Position numbers and translations under genes: made by a program. Shown piece by piece: positions 47,445 through 57,579 of a stretch of 64,000 nt of DNA. The first letter of the stretch is position 1. Every line of letters begins with the position of its first letter. Below the pieces are notes generated by a model. It saw only the letters and a program-made list of their open reading frames with translations, searched no databases and was not told where the DNA came from. This stretch comes from Phycisphaerae bacterium (GTDB lineage Bacteria > Planctomycetota > Phycisphaerae > UBA1845): contig CAXXGO010000006.1 of the NCBI GenBank assembly GCA_963666835.2, positions 2,528,001-2,592,000 of the forward strand. The letters run 5' to 3'.

Positions 47445-48212
47445 ATGCAACCGTCGTCCGGGCAGTCCCGAGCCAGGCTCGTTACGGCGCCGTTTCTCAT
47501 TGCGGTAGGTCTGCTTGCCGCCGCCGTTGTTCTAGCCGGGCCGGTCGCGGCGTGGAAGTCTTTCAAGCGGGTGAAGCTGGCGCTTCCACTCAAGAAGGAT
47601 CTCGACGCGTTGAATGCGGAGGCGCTCGAGCCGTACCGGGTCCTCGACCGCGTCACCCTGAACTCCACCATTCTCGAAGCGCTGGGGACGGAGCGGTACA
47701 TAAGTTGGCTTCTTGAAGACACGAGTGTATCCCCGAACGATCCGCTGCGCAACGCTCATCTTCTGGTGACGTACTACTCCGGCGGCGTGGATATGGTACC
47801 GCACACGCCGGACGTTTGCATGTTGGGCGCCGGGTATCAACCGGCCCAGCGGCACGAGAACATGGCGGTTCAGGTGTCGACCTTGGGCGCTGAGCTTCAG
47901 TCCGTTCCCGTGCGAGTATGCACGTTCATGCGGACGGCGGTGTTTCACAAGCAGCGGCACTCGGTAGTGTACACGTTCTTCAGTAACGGTCGTTTTGTAT
48001 GCGACCGGGACCGGTTGCGGATAGTGATCAATGATCCGAGAGACACGTACGCCTTCTTCAGCAAGGTCGAGATTAGTTTTCCGCGGGCGACCCGGACGCA
48101 GAGCGTTGACGGGGCTCGGAAGCTGTTGGAGCGGGTGTTGCCGGTGTTGATCGAAGATCACTGGCCCGACTTCGATAAGGCGGAGCTTTCCGGCGGCGAC
48201 GGTCGGCGGTAG
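47445..48212 (+). CDS. Exosortase-associated EpsI-family protein
   Basis: N-terminal TM, LVTYYSG, VPHTPDVCMLGAGY, KVE; start uncertain. Confidence 0.72.
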   Translation: MQPSSGQSRARLVTAPFLIAVGLLAAAVVLAGPVAAWKSFKRVKLALPLKKDLDALNAEALEPYRVLDRVTLNSTILEALGTERYISWLLEDTSVSPNDPLRNAHLLVTYYSGGVDMVPHTPDVCMLGAGYQPAQRHENMAVQVSTLGAELQSVPVRVCTFMRTAVFHKQRHSVVYTFFSNGRFVCDRDRLRIVINDPRDTYAFFSKVEISFPRATRTQSVDGARKLLERVLPVLIEDHWPDFDKAELSGGDGRR

Positions 48213-48279
48213 GGAGGCCACCTGAGATTCGGACCTCGCTTTCGATGGTCCGAACTCACCAGACAAGGGATGATCCGGT

Positions 48280-51200
48280 ATGGCCAGGAAGAAACTCAAC
48301 AAGAACCTCGTCGTGGTGCTGACGCTTTTTGCGTTTGCTGCGATTGTAGTGCTCTCCGTGTTGATGCTCAGGAGTCTGCAAAAGGGCGATCCGCAACACT
48401 TTGTGGATCTCGCCGTGAAGCACGAAGAGAAGGGGGAGTGGCGGCAAGCGGCCTTGTTCTATGGTAAGGCCTGGGAGAAGAGCCGTAATTGGGAGTACCT
48501 GGTTCTTCGTGGTGACATGCTCCTCAATGAAGGAGAGGTGGGCATGGCCTTGCGCGATTGGCGCGAGGTTCTGGTGAATAGCCCTGATATGGTGCAAGCC
48601 CACCTTCGCCAGTTGGAGATTCTGCTGGAGCTGGCGCAGCAGAGTGGGCAAATGCGATCGTGGACCGCGGTCCAAGAGGCTGCGGAGCCGTTGCTGGAAC
48701 TCGAAACGGCTCAGAAACACCAGGCTTTCGCTCATTATGCGCTTGGGCTGGCGCTGATGGGCCTCGAGTCACAGGCGGCGGACAACGCCGAGCGGGGAAT
48801 GCACGAGCTTCACGAGGCCGTTCGGCTGGCCCCGGAGGACGTGGAGTACGCCATCGATTTGGCAACTTACCAAGCCCAGCGCGGCAAACAGGACGCCGGC
48901 GAGCAGTTGTTCGAAGAACTGCTTCAGCGACACGCCGAGCCCGGCGCCGCAGCTTCGAAAGTCCGTACCGCATACGCCAAGTACTTAGCCGGCCAAGGTC
49001 GATCAGCGGATGCAGAGCGATACCTGAACGAGGGTGTGTCCTTCGCTCAGGGTGAGAGCGAGGTGTTGCTGGAAGCCCGAATGGCTTTGGCGGATTACCT
49101 GGCCAGGCAGTGGGCGACCACCAAGACGGGCGAGCGGACGGGGGACTCGGAGTTGCTAAGGCGGGCTGAGGAACTGCTGATGCAGTGTGTGGAAGAGAAT
49201 CCGGACGAGTTCGGCCCGAGTGTGCGCCTGGCTTTGCTGTACAAAGCCTCGCAGCGTCCGGAGAGGGTTGTGGAAGTCTGCGACCAGCGGCTTACGTTGG
49301 GATTCTCCCGCAAGGGGCTGAAATCGGGGCAGAACAAGCTTGATGCTTTTCGGCTCATGATTATGGGGTCGGAGGCTAGTGTGGCGATGGCGCAAGACCC
49401 CGAGGTATCGCAGGACGAGGGACGCCGTGCCGAGTGGCTCGCCCGAGCGGAGAGCTATGTTGCCCAAGCCGGATCCGAATTCGTTGACCACCCCAAGGTG
49501 CTGAGCCAGTCGGGCAGAATCAAACTGGCCCGCGGCGGCGATCGTGACGCTCTTGATGACTTCAGGCGTGCTGACGAACTCTATCAAGCTGCCGGCGTGG
49601 TCGATTGGGAGAACAAGCTGCGTCTGGCGAATCTGCATTTGGATCTTAACGAGGCCGGAGCCGCCCGCGCGGTTCTTGAGGAGGCGCTTAATCAAGCCGG
49701 TGATCGCGTGGTTCTATCGTGTTGGATCCTCTACGCCCGAGTGCTGCTGCACAACGCCCAGCGTGGTGAGCCGATCGATGCCCAGACGGCCGGAAAGGTC
49801 GAGCGCGCGTTGGCGGTGATTGCCTCGGTGGATCCGGACCGCCCGGAACTCCGCCAGCTTCAGGCGGTGTTCCTGGAACTGCAGGGCAAGCCGGGGCAGG
49901 CCGGGATGCTCACCGAGTCCCCAACCGCCCGGGCTCTGCTCGAGGCTCGCGAGCGCGTGATTCAGGGGGACACGGACGGAGCGGTGGCGTTGCTTCAGGA
50001 GGCGCTGGTGGACGCTCCCGCCGACAATCGCCTGGTGACTGCTGCGGTTCGAGATCTGCTTCGGCTGGGTCGCGCCGGCGAGGCGGAGGCGGTGGCGAAG
50101 CGAGCCTTGGAGCTCAAGCCGGACGATGCGCAATTGCGGAAGCTTGCCGTATTTGCGTCAGAGGAAATGTCCCCGGAAGATCGCGACGCGGCGTTGCTCG
50201 ACATCATCAACAGCGAAGAGGATGCTTTTCAACGATCTTGGGATCTGATCGACTACTATTGGCGGCGCGAGGATCCGGCCGCCGCTCTGCGCTATTTCGC
50301 TGAGGCGGAGCAGCATCTTATCGAGAAGGACACCGAGCAAGCTCGCAAGAGCACGATTGCCCAACATAGAGCACTACTCAAGGCGAAGCTCTTCGTAGCC
50401 AAACAGGCGGATGATGCGGAGGCCATGGCTGCGGCTCGGGATTCGGCCGTGAAATACAATGTTGACGGTGCCGAGGGTAAGTCCCTGGTCGGCCTATATC
50501 ACATGTACCGCGACGAAGTGGAGCCCGCGATTGTTGCTCTGGCCGCGGCGGTGGAGGCCCAGCCCACCGATGCCCGGTCTCTAACCTATCTGGCGCAGTG
50601 CTATCAGAACGTGGAGAGGCTGGATGCGGCTCGAGACCTCTTCGAGCGGGCTACGCGCATGAATCCGAATGAGGCGTTGGCCCACAAGGGACTGGCGGCG
50701 ATTGCCAAACAGCAAGGTGAAGAGCGGTCGTACCGCAGGCACTTGGCCATCTGCGAGGGGCTCATTCCCGGTGACCCGTGGGTACAGGGGGAAGTGCTGG
50801 CGCGCAAGGAGCAGGACAATCCGGAGCAGGCGATTATTGATCGAGAAGCGCTTCTGGCGACGGATCCGGATAATGTCGCCAATCTGGCGCGGCTGGCTGC
50901 GTTGGCTGAGACTCTGGGAGATCAGGCCAAGGCCGATGGCTACTATCAACGAATCCTGGACATTCGTGGCGATGAGCAAGGTGTCGTGGCGCTGGTCAGC
51001 AAGTACTTCGTTCGCACGGGGCGCCCGGAGTCGTCGCTCGAGGTGGTGAACGAGTATGTGGACTCGAAGACCACCGCTGACGAGAAGGCGGACGCCCGAA
51101 TCCTGATTGCGGCGCACTACCTCGGATTGCAGGAACTCGACCTGGCCGAGACGGCTTTGTTGGAGGCGGCCGATGTGTCTCGTACCCTCGCCGTGTGCCA

Positions 51201-52848
51201 CAGCCTGGGGGATTTCAATCTGCGGACTCTGCACCGCCCGAGCGAAGCCCTGCGCTGGTACGAGCAAGCGGCGGAGCTGGCGCGTCAGCAGAGTTCCCCG
51301 AAACTCTCGAAGATCCTCGGGGCGCGCATTATCTGTGTGATGCATCGGGAAGTGGACGATCTGGATGCCGCTCAGACTTACGTCGACGAGTTTCTCGCTG
51401 AATTCCCGGATGACCCGCAGGGGGCGCTTTGGGAGGGTGAACTCCACGCTCGTCGAGGGCAGATTGATCAGGCGATCGACGCCTTCTCCCGTTATCTGGA
51501 GGCCCGTCCGAATGAACCGTACGCTCTCTTCCAGCGTGCCCAGCACTATGGAGCTATGGGGCGAACCGCCGAAGCGATTCAGGATCTCGAGGCGATCAAG
51601 AGGGTCGACCCCACGGCACTGCGTTTGGAGCCGAGGATTCTGCTGGCCCGAATGCACCGCCAGGCCGGGATGACGGACGCGTGGCTTTCAGAATTGGAGT
51701 CCATTGTGGCGGATGCTCCTGATTCCGCGCCGGCGCTCGAGGAACTCATCAGTGCTCTGATTGACGAAGGCCGGTTGGTTGACGCCGATCGGCGGGTGAC
51801 TACGGAGATCAACCGCTCCGGCGACGAGACCGACTCGCGCTGGCTGTTCCTTCGCGGGCGGATTTCGCGCGATTTGGGCAAAGCGCCTGAGGCTCTGCGG
51901 GATTTCCGGCGGGGCGCCGAGCTTGCGGGTTACACTCCGGAAGCGCTTGCTAACGTGCTGGGCCTTTACATGCAGTTGGGGCAAAACGCAGAGGCCGTAC
52001 GCTACTACGATCAACATGCCGGTAATACCGAGCAGACTCCCGGACTCCAATCCCATTACGCTCGGGCTCTGGCGGGCGCGGGACAGATGCCGGAAGCCGT
52101 TCGGGAGTTTCGCCGGGCGATGGGGCTGGCCGAGGCGGTTTCCGTTCAAGCGGTGGCGGCGGTGGCGGCGGATATTCGGAGTGCCTTCCCCGGGGCAGAC
52201 GGTCTGCAACGGGCGATTGCCCTGTTCGAGGCGGACGTGCTGGATGGGCGAGTGGCGCGGATGAACCGTCGGATTCTGGCGCGGCTGTATGAAGCCGACG
52301 GGCGGACTGAAGCAAGCGCGGCGGAGCTGGATCGGTTGCTGTCCACGGCGACGGAAGATAAGGAGCGAGTCAGCTTGCTTATCGAGCTGGCCGAGCTGCA
52401 GCAGAACGCCGGAGATACGGCGCGCGCGGTGGAGTTGTACGAGGACGTGCTGAGGTATTCATCCGATAATTGGATTGTGCTGAACAACATTGCGTATCTG
52501 TTGGCGGATGAACTGGGGCAGACGGAGCGGGCTTTGCCGTATGCCCGCCGTGCCGTTGCCATTGCAGATCGTCCTAACACGCTCGACACGCTCGGGTGGA
52601 TCTATGTCGGTCTCGGGCAATACCCCCGCGCGGTGGCCGAGCTGAGCCGCGCTGTGCGCCTTGCGCCGAGCGATGCCCTCGCGCACTACCATCTCGGAGA
52701 GGCCTATCGTCGAAACCGACAGTTCATCGAGGCTTCCAGCGTCTTAGAGCGGGGGCGGGAGACGGCGCAGTCTATTGGAGATACCGCCCTGATCGAGTTG
52801 ATAGACACTGCAGCCGACCGAGCTGCGCGCGGCGACGGCGACGTATGA
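48280..52848 (+). CDS. Large membrane-anchored tetratricopeptide-repeat protein
   Basis: N-terminal TM then many TPR-like helix pairs; C-terminal LNNIAY..DTLGWIY..HYHLGEAY. Confidence 0.88.
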   Translation: MARKKLNKNLVVVLTLFAFAAIVVLSVLMLRSLQKGDPQHFVDLAVKHEEKGEWRQAALFYGKAWEKSRNWEYLVLRGDMLLNEGEVGMALRDWREVLVNSPDMVQAHLRQLEILLELAQQSGQMRSWTAVQEAAEPLLELETAQKHQAFAHYALGLALMGLESQAADNAERGMHELHEAVRLAPEDVEYAIDLATYQAQRGKQDAGEQLFEELLQRHAEPGAAASKVRTAYAKYLAGQGRSADAERYLNEGVSFAQGESEVLLEARMALADYLARQWATTKTGERTGDSELLRRAEELLMQCVEENPDEFGPSVRLALLYKASQRPERVVEVCDQRLTLGFSRKGLKSGQNKLDAFRLMIMGSEASVAMAQDPEVSQDEGRRAEWLARAESYVAQAGSEFVDHPKVLSQSGRIKLARGGDRDALDDFRRADELYQAAGVVDWENKLRLANLHLDLNEAGAARAVLEEALNQAGDRVVLSCWILYARVLLHNAQRGEPIDAQTAGKVERALAVIASVDPDRPELRQLQAVFLELQGKPGQAGMLTESPTARALLEARERVIQGDTDGAVALLQEALVDAPADNRLVTAAVRDLLRLGRAGEAEAVAKRALELKPDDAQLRKLAVFASEEMSPEDRDAALLDIINSEEDAFQRSWDLIDYYWRREDPAAALRYFAEAEQHLIEKDTEQARKSTIAQHRALLKAKLFVAKQADDAEAMAAARDSAVKYNVDGAEGKSLVGLYHMYRDEVEPAIVALAAAVEAQPTDARSLTYLAQCYQNVERLDAARDLFERATRMNPNEALAHKGLAAIAKQQGEERSYRRHLAICEGLIPGDPWVQGEVLARKEQDNPEQAIIDREALLATDPDNVANLARLAALAETLGDQAKADGYYQRILDIRGDEQGVVALVSKYFVRTGRPESSLEVVNEYVDSKTTADEKADARILIAAHYLGLQELDLAETALLEAADVSRTLAVCHSLGDFNLRTLHRPSEALRWYEQAAELARQQSSPKLSKILGARIICVMHREVDDLDAAQTYVDEFLAEFPDDPQGALWEGELHARRGQIDQAIDAFSRYLEARPNEPYALFQRAQHYGAMGRTAEAIQDLEAIKRVDPTALRLEPRILLARMHRQAGMTDAWLSELESIVADAPDSAPALEELISALIDEGRLVDADRRVTTEINRSGDETDSRWLFLRGRISRDLGKAPEALRDFRRGAELAGYTPEALANVLGLYMQLGQNAEAVRYYDQHAGNTEQTPGLQSHYARALAGAGQMPEAVREFRRAMGLAEAVSVQAVAAVAADIRSAFPGADGLQRAIALFEADVLDGRVARMNRRILARLYEADGRTEASAAELDRLLSTATEDKERVSLLIELAELQQNAGDTARAVELYEDVLRYSSDNWIVLNNIAYLLADELGQTERALPYARRAVAIADRPNTLDTLGWIYVGLGQYPRAVAELSRAVRLAPSDALAHYHLGEAYRRNRQFIEASSVLERGRETAQSIGDTALIELIDTAADRAARGDGDV

Positions 52849-52912
52849 CGGCGGCGGGCTCGACTATCGGGGATTCGGTGGGCCAAGTGCCGTACGGTAT
52901 GATGCGGTTGGC

Positions 52913-54166
52913 ATGATCTGGTTGCTGCTTCCGTTTCTGTTGGTCTGTTCCGGGGCGGTGTCCGCGTCGGAAACCGCTCTGTTCAGCCTTAGCACCCGCA
53001 CACTCCAGGAATACGGTAGGTCGAGCGGCTCGCTGCGGCGGCGGGTTTTTGGACTCATGCAACGACCGCGCCGGGTCCTGATGACCATCCTGATTACTAA
53101 CACGGCGGTCAATGTGGCTTTCTTCGCCGTGGGCTTCGTCGCTCTCCATGGACACCGTGAAACGGGCCCGACGGCGGAAGCGCTTGGAAGTGCGGCCGTC
53201 CTGGCCGCTGTGATCGTCTTCGGTGAGATGCTTCCGAAGGCTCTGGCGTTGAGCAATGCCCGGCGGCTGGCTCGTCCGGCCGGCGTATTCGTTGGTTTCT
53301 TGCATGTCGTTTTGAGCCCGTTGCGTTGGGCCCTGCAGTTCATGCTGGTCGACCCGATCATCCGGTTGGTGGCCCCTCATTCTCAACCGGGCCCGGTTTC
53401 CATAGACGAACTCCAGCTCCTGCTCGAACAGTCAGCCGGAGCCGGGGTAATCAACCCCCAAGAGAACGAGATGCTGCAGGCGACGGTTGCCCTGGCCGGT
53501 GTGCGCGTTCGTGAGGTGATGACCCCGCGCGTTGACATTAGGGGTGTGGGGATCGAACAGGGCCGAGAGGCCGTGCTCGCCCTGCTGGAGCAATCCGGCC
53601 GGCGCAAGTTGCTCGTCTTTGGTGATAACCTCGATGACGTTCGGGGGATCCTGTATGCGCGCGACGTCTATCTGCAACGCACAAGCGAGATTGCCCAACT
53701 CGTCGTCCCGGTGCGTTTTGTGCCGGAACAGATCAACCTCGTCCAACTGATCCGGTATTTCCGTAGCGAGCAAGTCGAGTTTGCGGTGGTGGTAGACGAG
53801 TATGGGGGCACGTCCGGGATAGTATCGATTGAGGACATTGCGGAGCGGATTGTCGGTCCGCTGCCCGACCCGGATGCGACCCGGCCGGCGCCTACTACGG
53901 AGCGGATTGATGACAACACGTACCGAGTGTCGGGTGATCTGAGCGTGAGGTTGTGGGCGGAGCGCTTCGCGGTCGGGGAGATTGATCGGCACATCGACAC
54001 GGTGGGCGGGCTGATTTTGGCCAAGCTCGGGAGATGGCCCCAAGTCGGAGAGGCGGTTCGACTGCGCAACCTGACCTTGACGGTGGAGGCGATGGATCGG
54101 TATCGGATCGACTACGTCGTGCTTCGTCGCGAAGACGATGTCGGGGGAGGCAAGACGGAATGTTGA
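52913..54166 (+). CDS. CNNM/DUF21-CBS-CorC (HlyC/CorC family) transporter
   Basis: SASETALFSL, FGEMLPK, VMTPR, VDEYGGTSG, DTVGG. Confidence 0.92.
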   Translation: MIWLLLPFLLVCSGAVSASETALFSLSTRTLQEYGRSSGSLRRRVFGLMQRPRRVLMTILITNTAVNVAFFAVGFVALHGHRETGPTAEALGSAAVLAAVIVFGEMLPKALALSNARRLARPAGVFVGFLHVVLSPLRWALQFMLVDPIIRLVAPHSQPGPVSIDELQLLLEQSAGAGVINPQENEMLQATVALAGVRVREVMTPRVDIRGVGIEQGREAVLALLEQSGRRKLLVFGDNLDDVRGILYARDVYLQRTSEIAQLVVPVRFVPEQINLVQLIRYFRSEQVEFAVVVDEYGGTSGIVSIEDIAERIVGPLPDPDATRPAPTTERIDDNTYRVSGDLSVRLWAERFAVGEIDRHIDTVGGLILAKLGRWPQVGEAVRLRNLTLTVEAMDRYRIDYVVLRREDDVGGGKTEC

Positions 54167-55155
54167 TGTGGTTTCTCGCCATTGCTGTGGTCGGGCTGGG
54201 CTTGCTTTTCAGTGCGTTCTTCTCCGGGGCCGAGACGGGGATGTATTGCGTGAACCGCGTGCGTTTACATCTCGGTACGCAACGCCGCGAGCCGGATGCC
54301 CTCCGGTTGGCCCGCGTGTTAGATGACGAGCAGGCGGCACTGTCCGTTGCGTTGCTCGGCACTAATGTGGCGAACTACGTCACCACCGCCGCGGTTGCCT
54401 TCATCCTCGCCGATCTGCTCGGCTTCGGGGAGGTCGATACCGAGCTCTACACCGTGATGGTGCTGACTCCCGTGGTCTTCGTCTTCGGCGAGGTCGTCCC
54501 CAAGAGCCTCTTTCAGATGCATGCGGATCGGTTGATGACCCTCGGGGCGAAGCCGCTGGTCGTAGTGAACGTGCTGTTTCGGGTGACGGGGTTGGTTGCC
54601 GTGCTGAAGGCCTTAGCCGGCGCGATGCACTGGCTGGTGCGGCCCTATGGCGAAGACCGCCGACCTCATCCGCCGAAGCTCCGCGTGGCTCGGCTGTTGC
54701 AGGAGGCGCTCGCCGGCCACGAGTTGGCGGTTGATCAGACCGAGCTGGTCGATCGAGTGTGCCAGCTTTCCGAGACGCCGCTGCACGCGGTAATGGTCCC
54801 GCGAAACCGGGTGAACATGATTCCGGCGGCGGCGGACCGCCGCCAGTTGGAGCGGCTCGCTCGCCGAACGCGGCACGCTCATCTCCCGGTCTTCGACACG
54901 CAGCACCGCCACGTTATCGGCATTGCCAAGGTCCGAGAGCTTCTGCGATATACCGACTGGAAGACCGTTGGAGAGCGAATTCGCCCGGTCGTGACCCTCA
55001 GCCCTCACGACACGGTTGCGGTGGCCACCAAACGCATGCAGACCAAGGGGCAGAAGATCGCCGTGGTTGCAGATCGCGGCGGGCGGATGCTGGGTGTCGT
55101 GACACTTCAAGATCTCATCGAAGAAGTCCTCGGTGAGCTGGCGGGAAGCGATTGA
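54160..55155 (+). CDS. Second CNNM/DUF21-CBS protein (no CorC domain)
   Basis: SAFFSGAETG, LLGTN, FGEVVPK, VMVPR, GVVTLQDLIEEV. Confidence 0.9.
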   Translation: MLMWFLAIAVVGLGLLFSAFFSGAETGMYCVNRVRLHLGTQRREPDALRLARVLDDEQAALSVALLGTNVANYVTTAAVAFILADLLGFGEVDTELYTVMVLTPVVFVFGEVVPKSLFQMHADRLMTLGAKPLVVVNVLFRVTGLVAVLKALAGAMHWLVRPYGEDRRPHPPKLRVARLLQEALAGHELAVDQTELVDRVCQLSETPLHAVMVPRNRVNMIPAAADRRQLERLARRTRHAHLPVFDTQHRHVIGIAKVRELLRYTDWKTVGERIRPVVTLSPHDTVAVATKRMQTKGQKIAVVADRGGRMLGVVTLQDLIEEVLGELAGSD

Positions 55156-55180
55156 ATCCCGCCCGATAAGGGGCTACAAT
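55152..55180 (+). promoter_or_regulatory. Putative sigma70 promoter of the aspartyl protease gene
   Basis: TTGAAT-N17-TACAAT. Confidence 0.5.
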
Positions 55181-55427
55181 CAGGTGTTGCTCGAGAGGGT
55201 CGCCGGAGCGTAGGGGTTGATTCCGGTGTCATGATATTGGCTCCGTGGGGCGAGCCTGCGCGGAAGATGCCCGGGGTCTGATCGAGACCCGGCCAACAGC
55301 GGCTGGGTGCCGAGCGGGTGGCATACGCTCTGTAATGCACGGGCAGGTCCCGGTGCGTTAGGAAGACCGCAAACGCGCGGAGTGGTCCGGAGGGGCCCGC
55401 CGGGCGCGGTCGGGGGGAGTCTTCACT

Positions 55428-56978
55428 ATGATGTCGAGAACGCTATTGCGGGCTGGGTTTGCCTGTCTGACGCTGAACTTCGTTTGCGCTTTCGGAGCCG
55501 AGTCTACGGATCCATCCGGGATTCGGCGGGAAACGTCAATTCGCGCCGGAGCGGCCGGGACGATCGTCGCCATCGAGGCTCGAACACCGCAAGCATCCGC
55601 GCTGGCGGCGACCGCGCTCGCAGAATACCCGCATCCGCGCCCGCGGCTGGCGGGGTTCTCGCCGTTGGTCGCCATCACTACCTCCGACGAGGGGGACCAT
55701 TTGGGGGATGACTACGAGCATGAGCTGCAGCCGTCTTATGTGGGCAGTGCGCTCAATCCGGACGTGAGCCGTCATTTCGTCATCGGCTACCTGGATACCG
55801 GATCCGATGTGAATCTGGCAGCGGGCACCGCGGCGGACACGCTTGGGCTGTTTGGCACAAGACTCGGGCCCAATTCGATTCCTATCGGCGGCGTCGGTGG
55901 ACAGATCGACGCTTACCTGACAATGCCGCTTGCGTTCTTCGCGGCAGGGCTCTCGGCGATCGACGGGAGCGGGGCGCTGGATTACGGCGCCTTGGTCGGA
56001 CACTCGCACGTTTCCGGATTGGCGGCTCCGGCAATCGAGTGCGGCGGCGGCGAAGCGGTAACGGCGATTGTGGGAATGCCGTTTCTGGGCTTCTACAACT
56101 CGTTCATTCGGGTGGACACGCCGCGCGAGGCCACCGTGGAGGGCGTGACCTACAAGGGCCCGGACGTGCAGATTGAAACGCCGGATCCGTATAATCCGCT
56201 TCCCGCGTCCGCGCATATGATATCCATGGATTTCGGTGGGGGGGCCGGGTACGCGATGACTGCGAACTACTATCCCGATTTCTTTGACCTTGATGGCCCG
56301 CCTCTATATCCGACGTTGTTGTCTGCCATGGCGAGTTTTCTTCCCCTTGGCGGACAGCTCTTTGAGTCTATTTGGGTGCGGGAAGGCGAACCCACGCCGG
56401 ACAACCCCTCTCAGGAGATCCGCGTGATGGTCGACACGGGTGCTCAGAGTTCGATTATCAGCACCGCGGTAGCCGCCAATCTCAGTCTGCCGTTCGAGCC
56501 GGATTTTACCGTGGACGTGTGTGGAGTAGGGGGGCTGATTGAGGACATCCCCGGGTATTACATCGACTACGTGAAGATCCCCGCGTTGGGTGGAGCGCTG
56601 GAATTCTCGCGGGCGCCGTTCGTGGTAATGGACCTGCCGTCGGCGGAAGGTGGGACCCTGGCCGGAATTCTCGGGATGAACTTCTTCTGGAACCGCAACG
56701 TTACCGTTGAGCCCAACCTGATGGGGACGTCCTATTTGCACGTGTCCGACCCGATCCCGTTTGCTTACGGGGATTTCGATGCCGACCTGGACGTCGATGA
56801 TGATGACGCCTCGATGTTCTTCTATTGCATGCGTGGCCCGAACGACCTGGCGATCGGGCCCAACTGCGATCATGTCGATTCCGACGAGGACGGAGACGTC
56901 GATCTGGAGGACTACGCCCGTTTCTGGACCTGCTACAGCGGCATGAACTTGCCGGCTGACCCGACGTGCGGGGACTGA
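55428..56978 (+). CDS. Secreted aspartyl protease with two retropepsin-like lobes and a dockerin-like tail
   Basis: YLDTGS / GGVGG / IVGMPFL and MVDTGA / CGVGG / ILGMNFF; GDFDADLDVD and DSDEDGDVDLED EF-hand-like repeats. Confidence 0.82.
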   Translation: MMSRTLLRAGFACLTLNFVCAFGAESTDPSGIRRETSIRAGAAGTIVAIEARTPQASALAATALAEYPHPRPRLAGFSPLVAITTSDEGDHLGDDYEHELQPSYVGSALNPDVSRHFVIGYLDTGSDVNLAAGTAADTLGLFGTRLGPNSIPIGGVGGQIDAYLTMPLAFFAAGLSAIDGSGALDYGALVGHSHVSGLAAPAIECGGGEAVTAIVGMPFLGFYNSFIRVDTPREATVEGVTYKGPDVQIETPDPYNPLPASAHMISMDFGGGAGYAMTANYYPDFFDLDGPPLYPTLLSAMASFLPLGGQLFESIWVREGEPTPDNPSQEIRVMVDTGAQSSIISTAVAANLSLPFEPDFTVDVCGVGGLIEDIPGYYIDYVKIPALGGALEFSRAPFVVMDLPSAEGGTLAGILGMNFFWNRNVTVEPNLMGTSYLHVSDPIPFAYGDFDADLDVDDDDASMFFYCMRGPNDLAIGPNCDHVDSDEDGDVDLEDYARFWTCYSGMNLPADPTCGD

Positions 56979-57331
56979 TTCGACGCCTGTTGCCGGGGCA
57001 AGCTCTGTGTGCCTTCACCCTCGGCAGCCCGTCTCAGGACGCTGTGATTCCCGCCACGGTTAACGAGGGGCTGGAACTCGAACAGCATCCGCGGCAACAG
57101 GGTGTGCCGCTTCCCAACGCCCCAGAGTGATTCAAGGGTCGCTTGCCGATGCGCGGATGTCCCGGGCAAACAGGCAGTTTGCCCAAACGGGACAACGGCT
57201 CGCTACGCTGCCCGATTGGGTCTCGTAGGCACAAGGCCTGTGACGGGGTGTTGTCCGCCTTTCCGATCACCCGGTCACTGCAATCGACATCCGCGCCTTA
57301 TCGGTCTAACATCGTGCATGGGCGCGGGCTA

Positions 57332-57527
57332 GTAACGCAGGCTTCCGACCTGCCGGTTGCTGGTTGAGATTGTGTTCTGTTTGAACGGCCAACAGGTAAC
57401 GCAGGCTTCCAGCCTGCCCTGGACTTTGGCCCTTTTTGTCTAGCGCAGGCTTCCAGCCTGCCGGTGGCGGGTCGCCTTCGCGTTTTGTTTTGACGCCTAA
57501 TCGAAGTAACGCAGGCTTCCAGCCTGC
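57332..57527 (+). repeat. Cluster of four REP-like palindromes (GTAACGCAGGCTTCCAGCCTGC)
   Basis: Copies at 57332-57353, 57396-57417, 57440-57461 and 57506-57527; stem GCAGGCT-TCC-AGCCTGC. Confidence 0.88.
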
Positions 57528-57579
57528 CCATTGTTGGTCGCGATCGTGTTCTGTTTGAATGCCTAATAGAGGGTGAGCC

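Noticed and set aside
55240..55320. c-di-GMP-I riboswitch in the protease leader
   Set aside because: Only a weak resemblance at the 3' end; the GCAAA/GAAA tetraloop and receptor elements are missing.
57332..57527. Mini CRISPR array (22-bp repeats)
   Set aside because: Spacers are uneven (42, 22, 44 bp) and similar to one another; the repeat looks like a REP palindrome.
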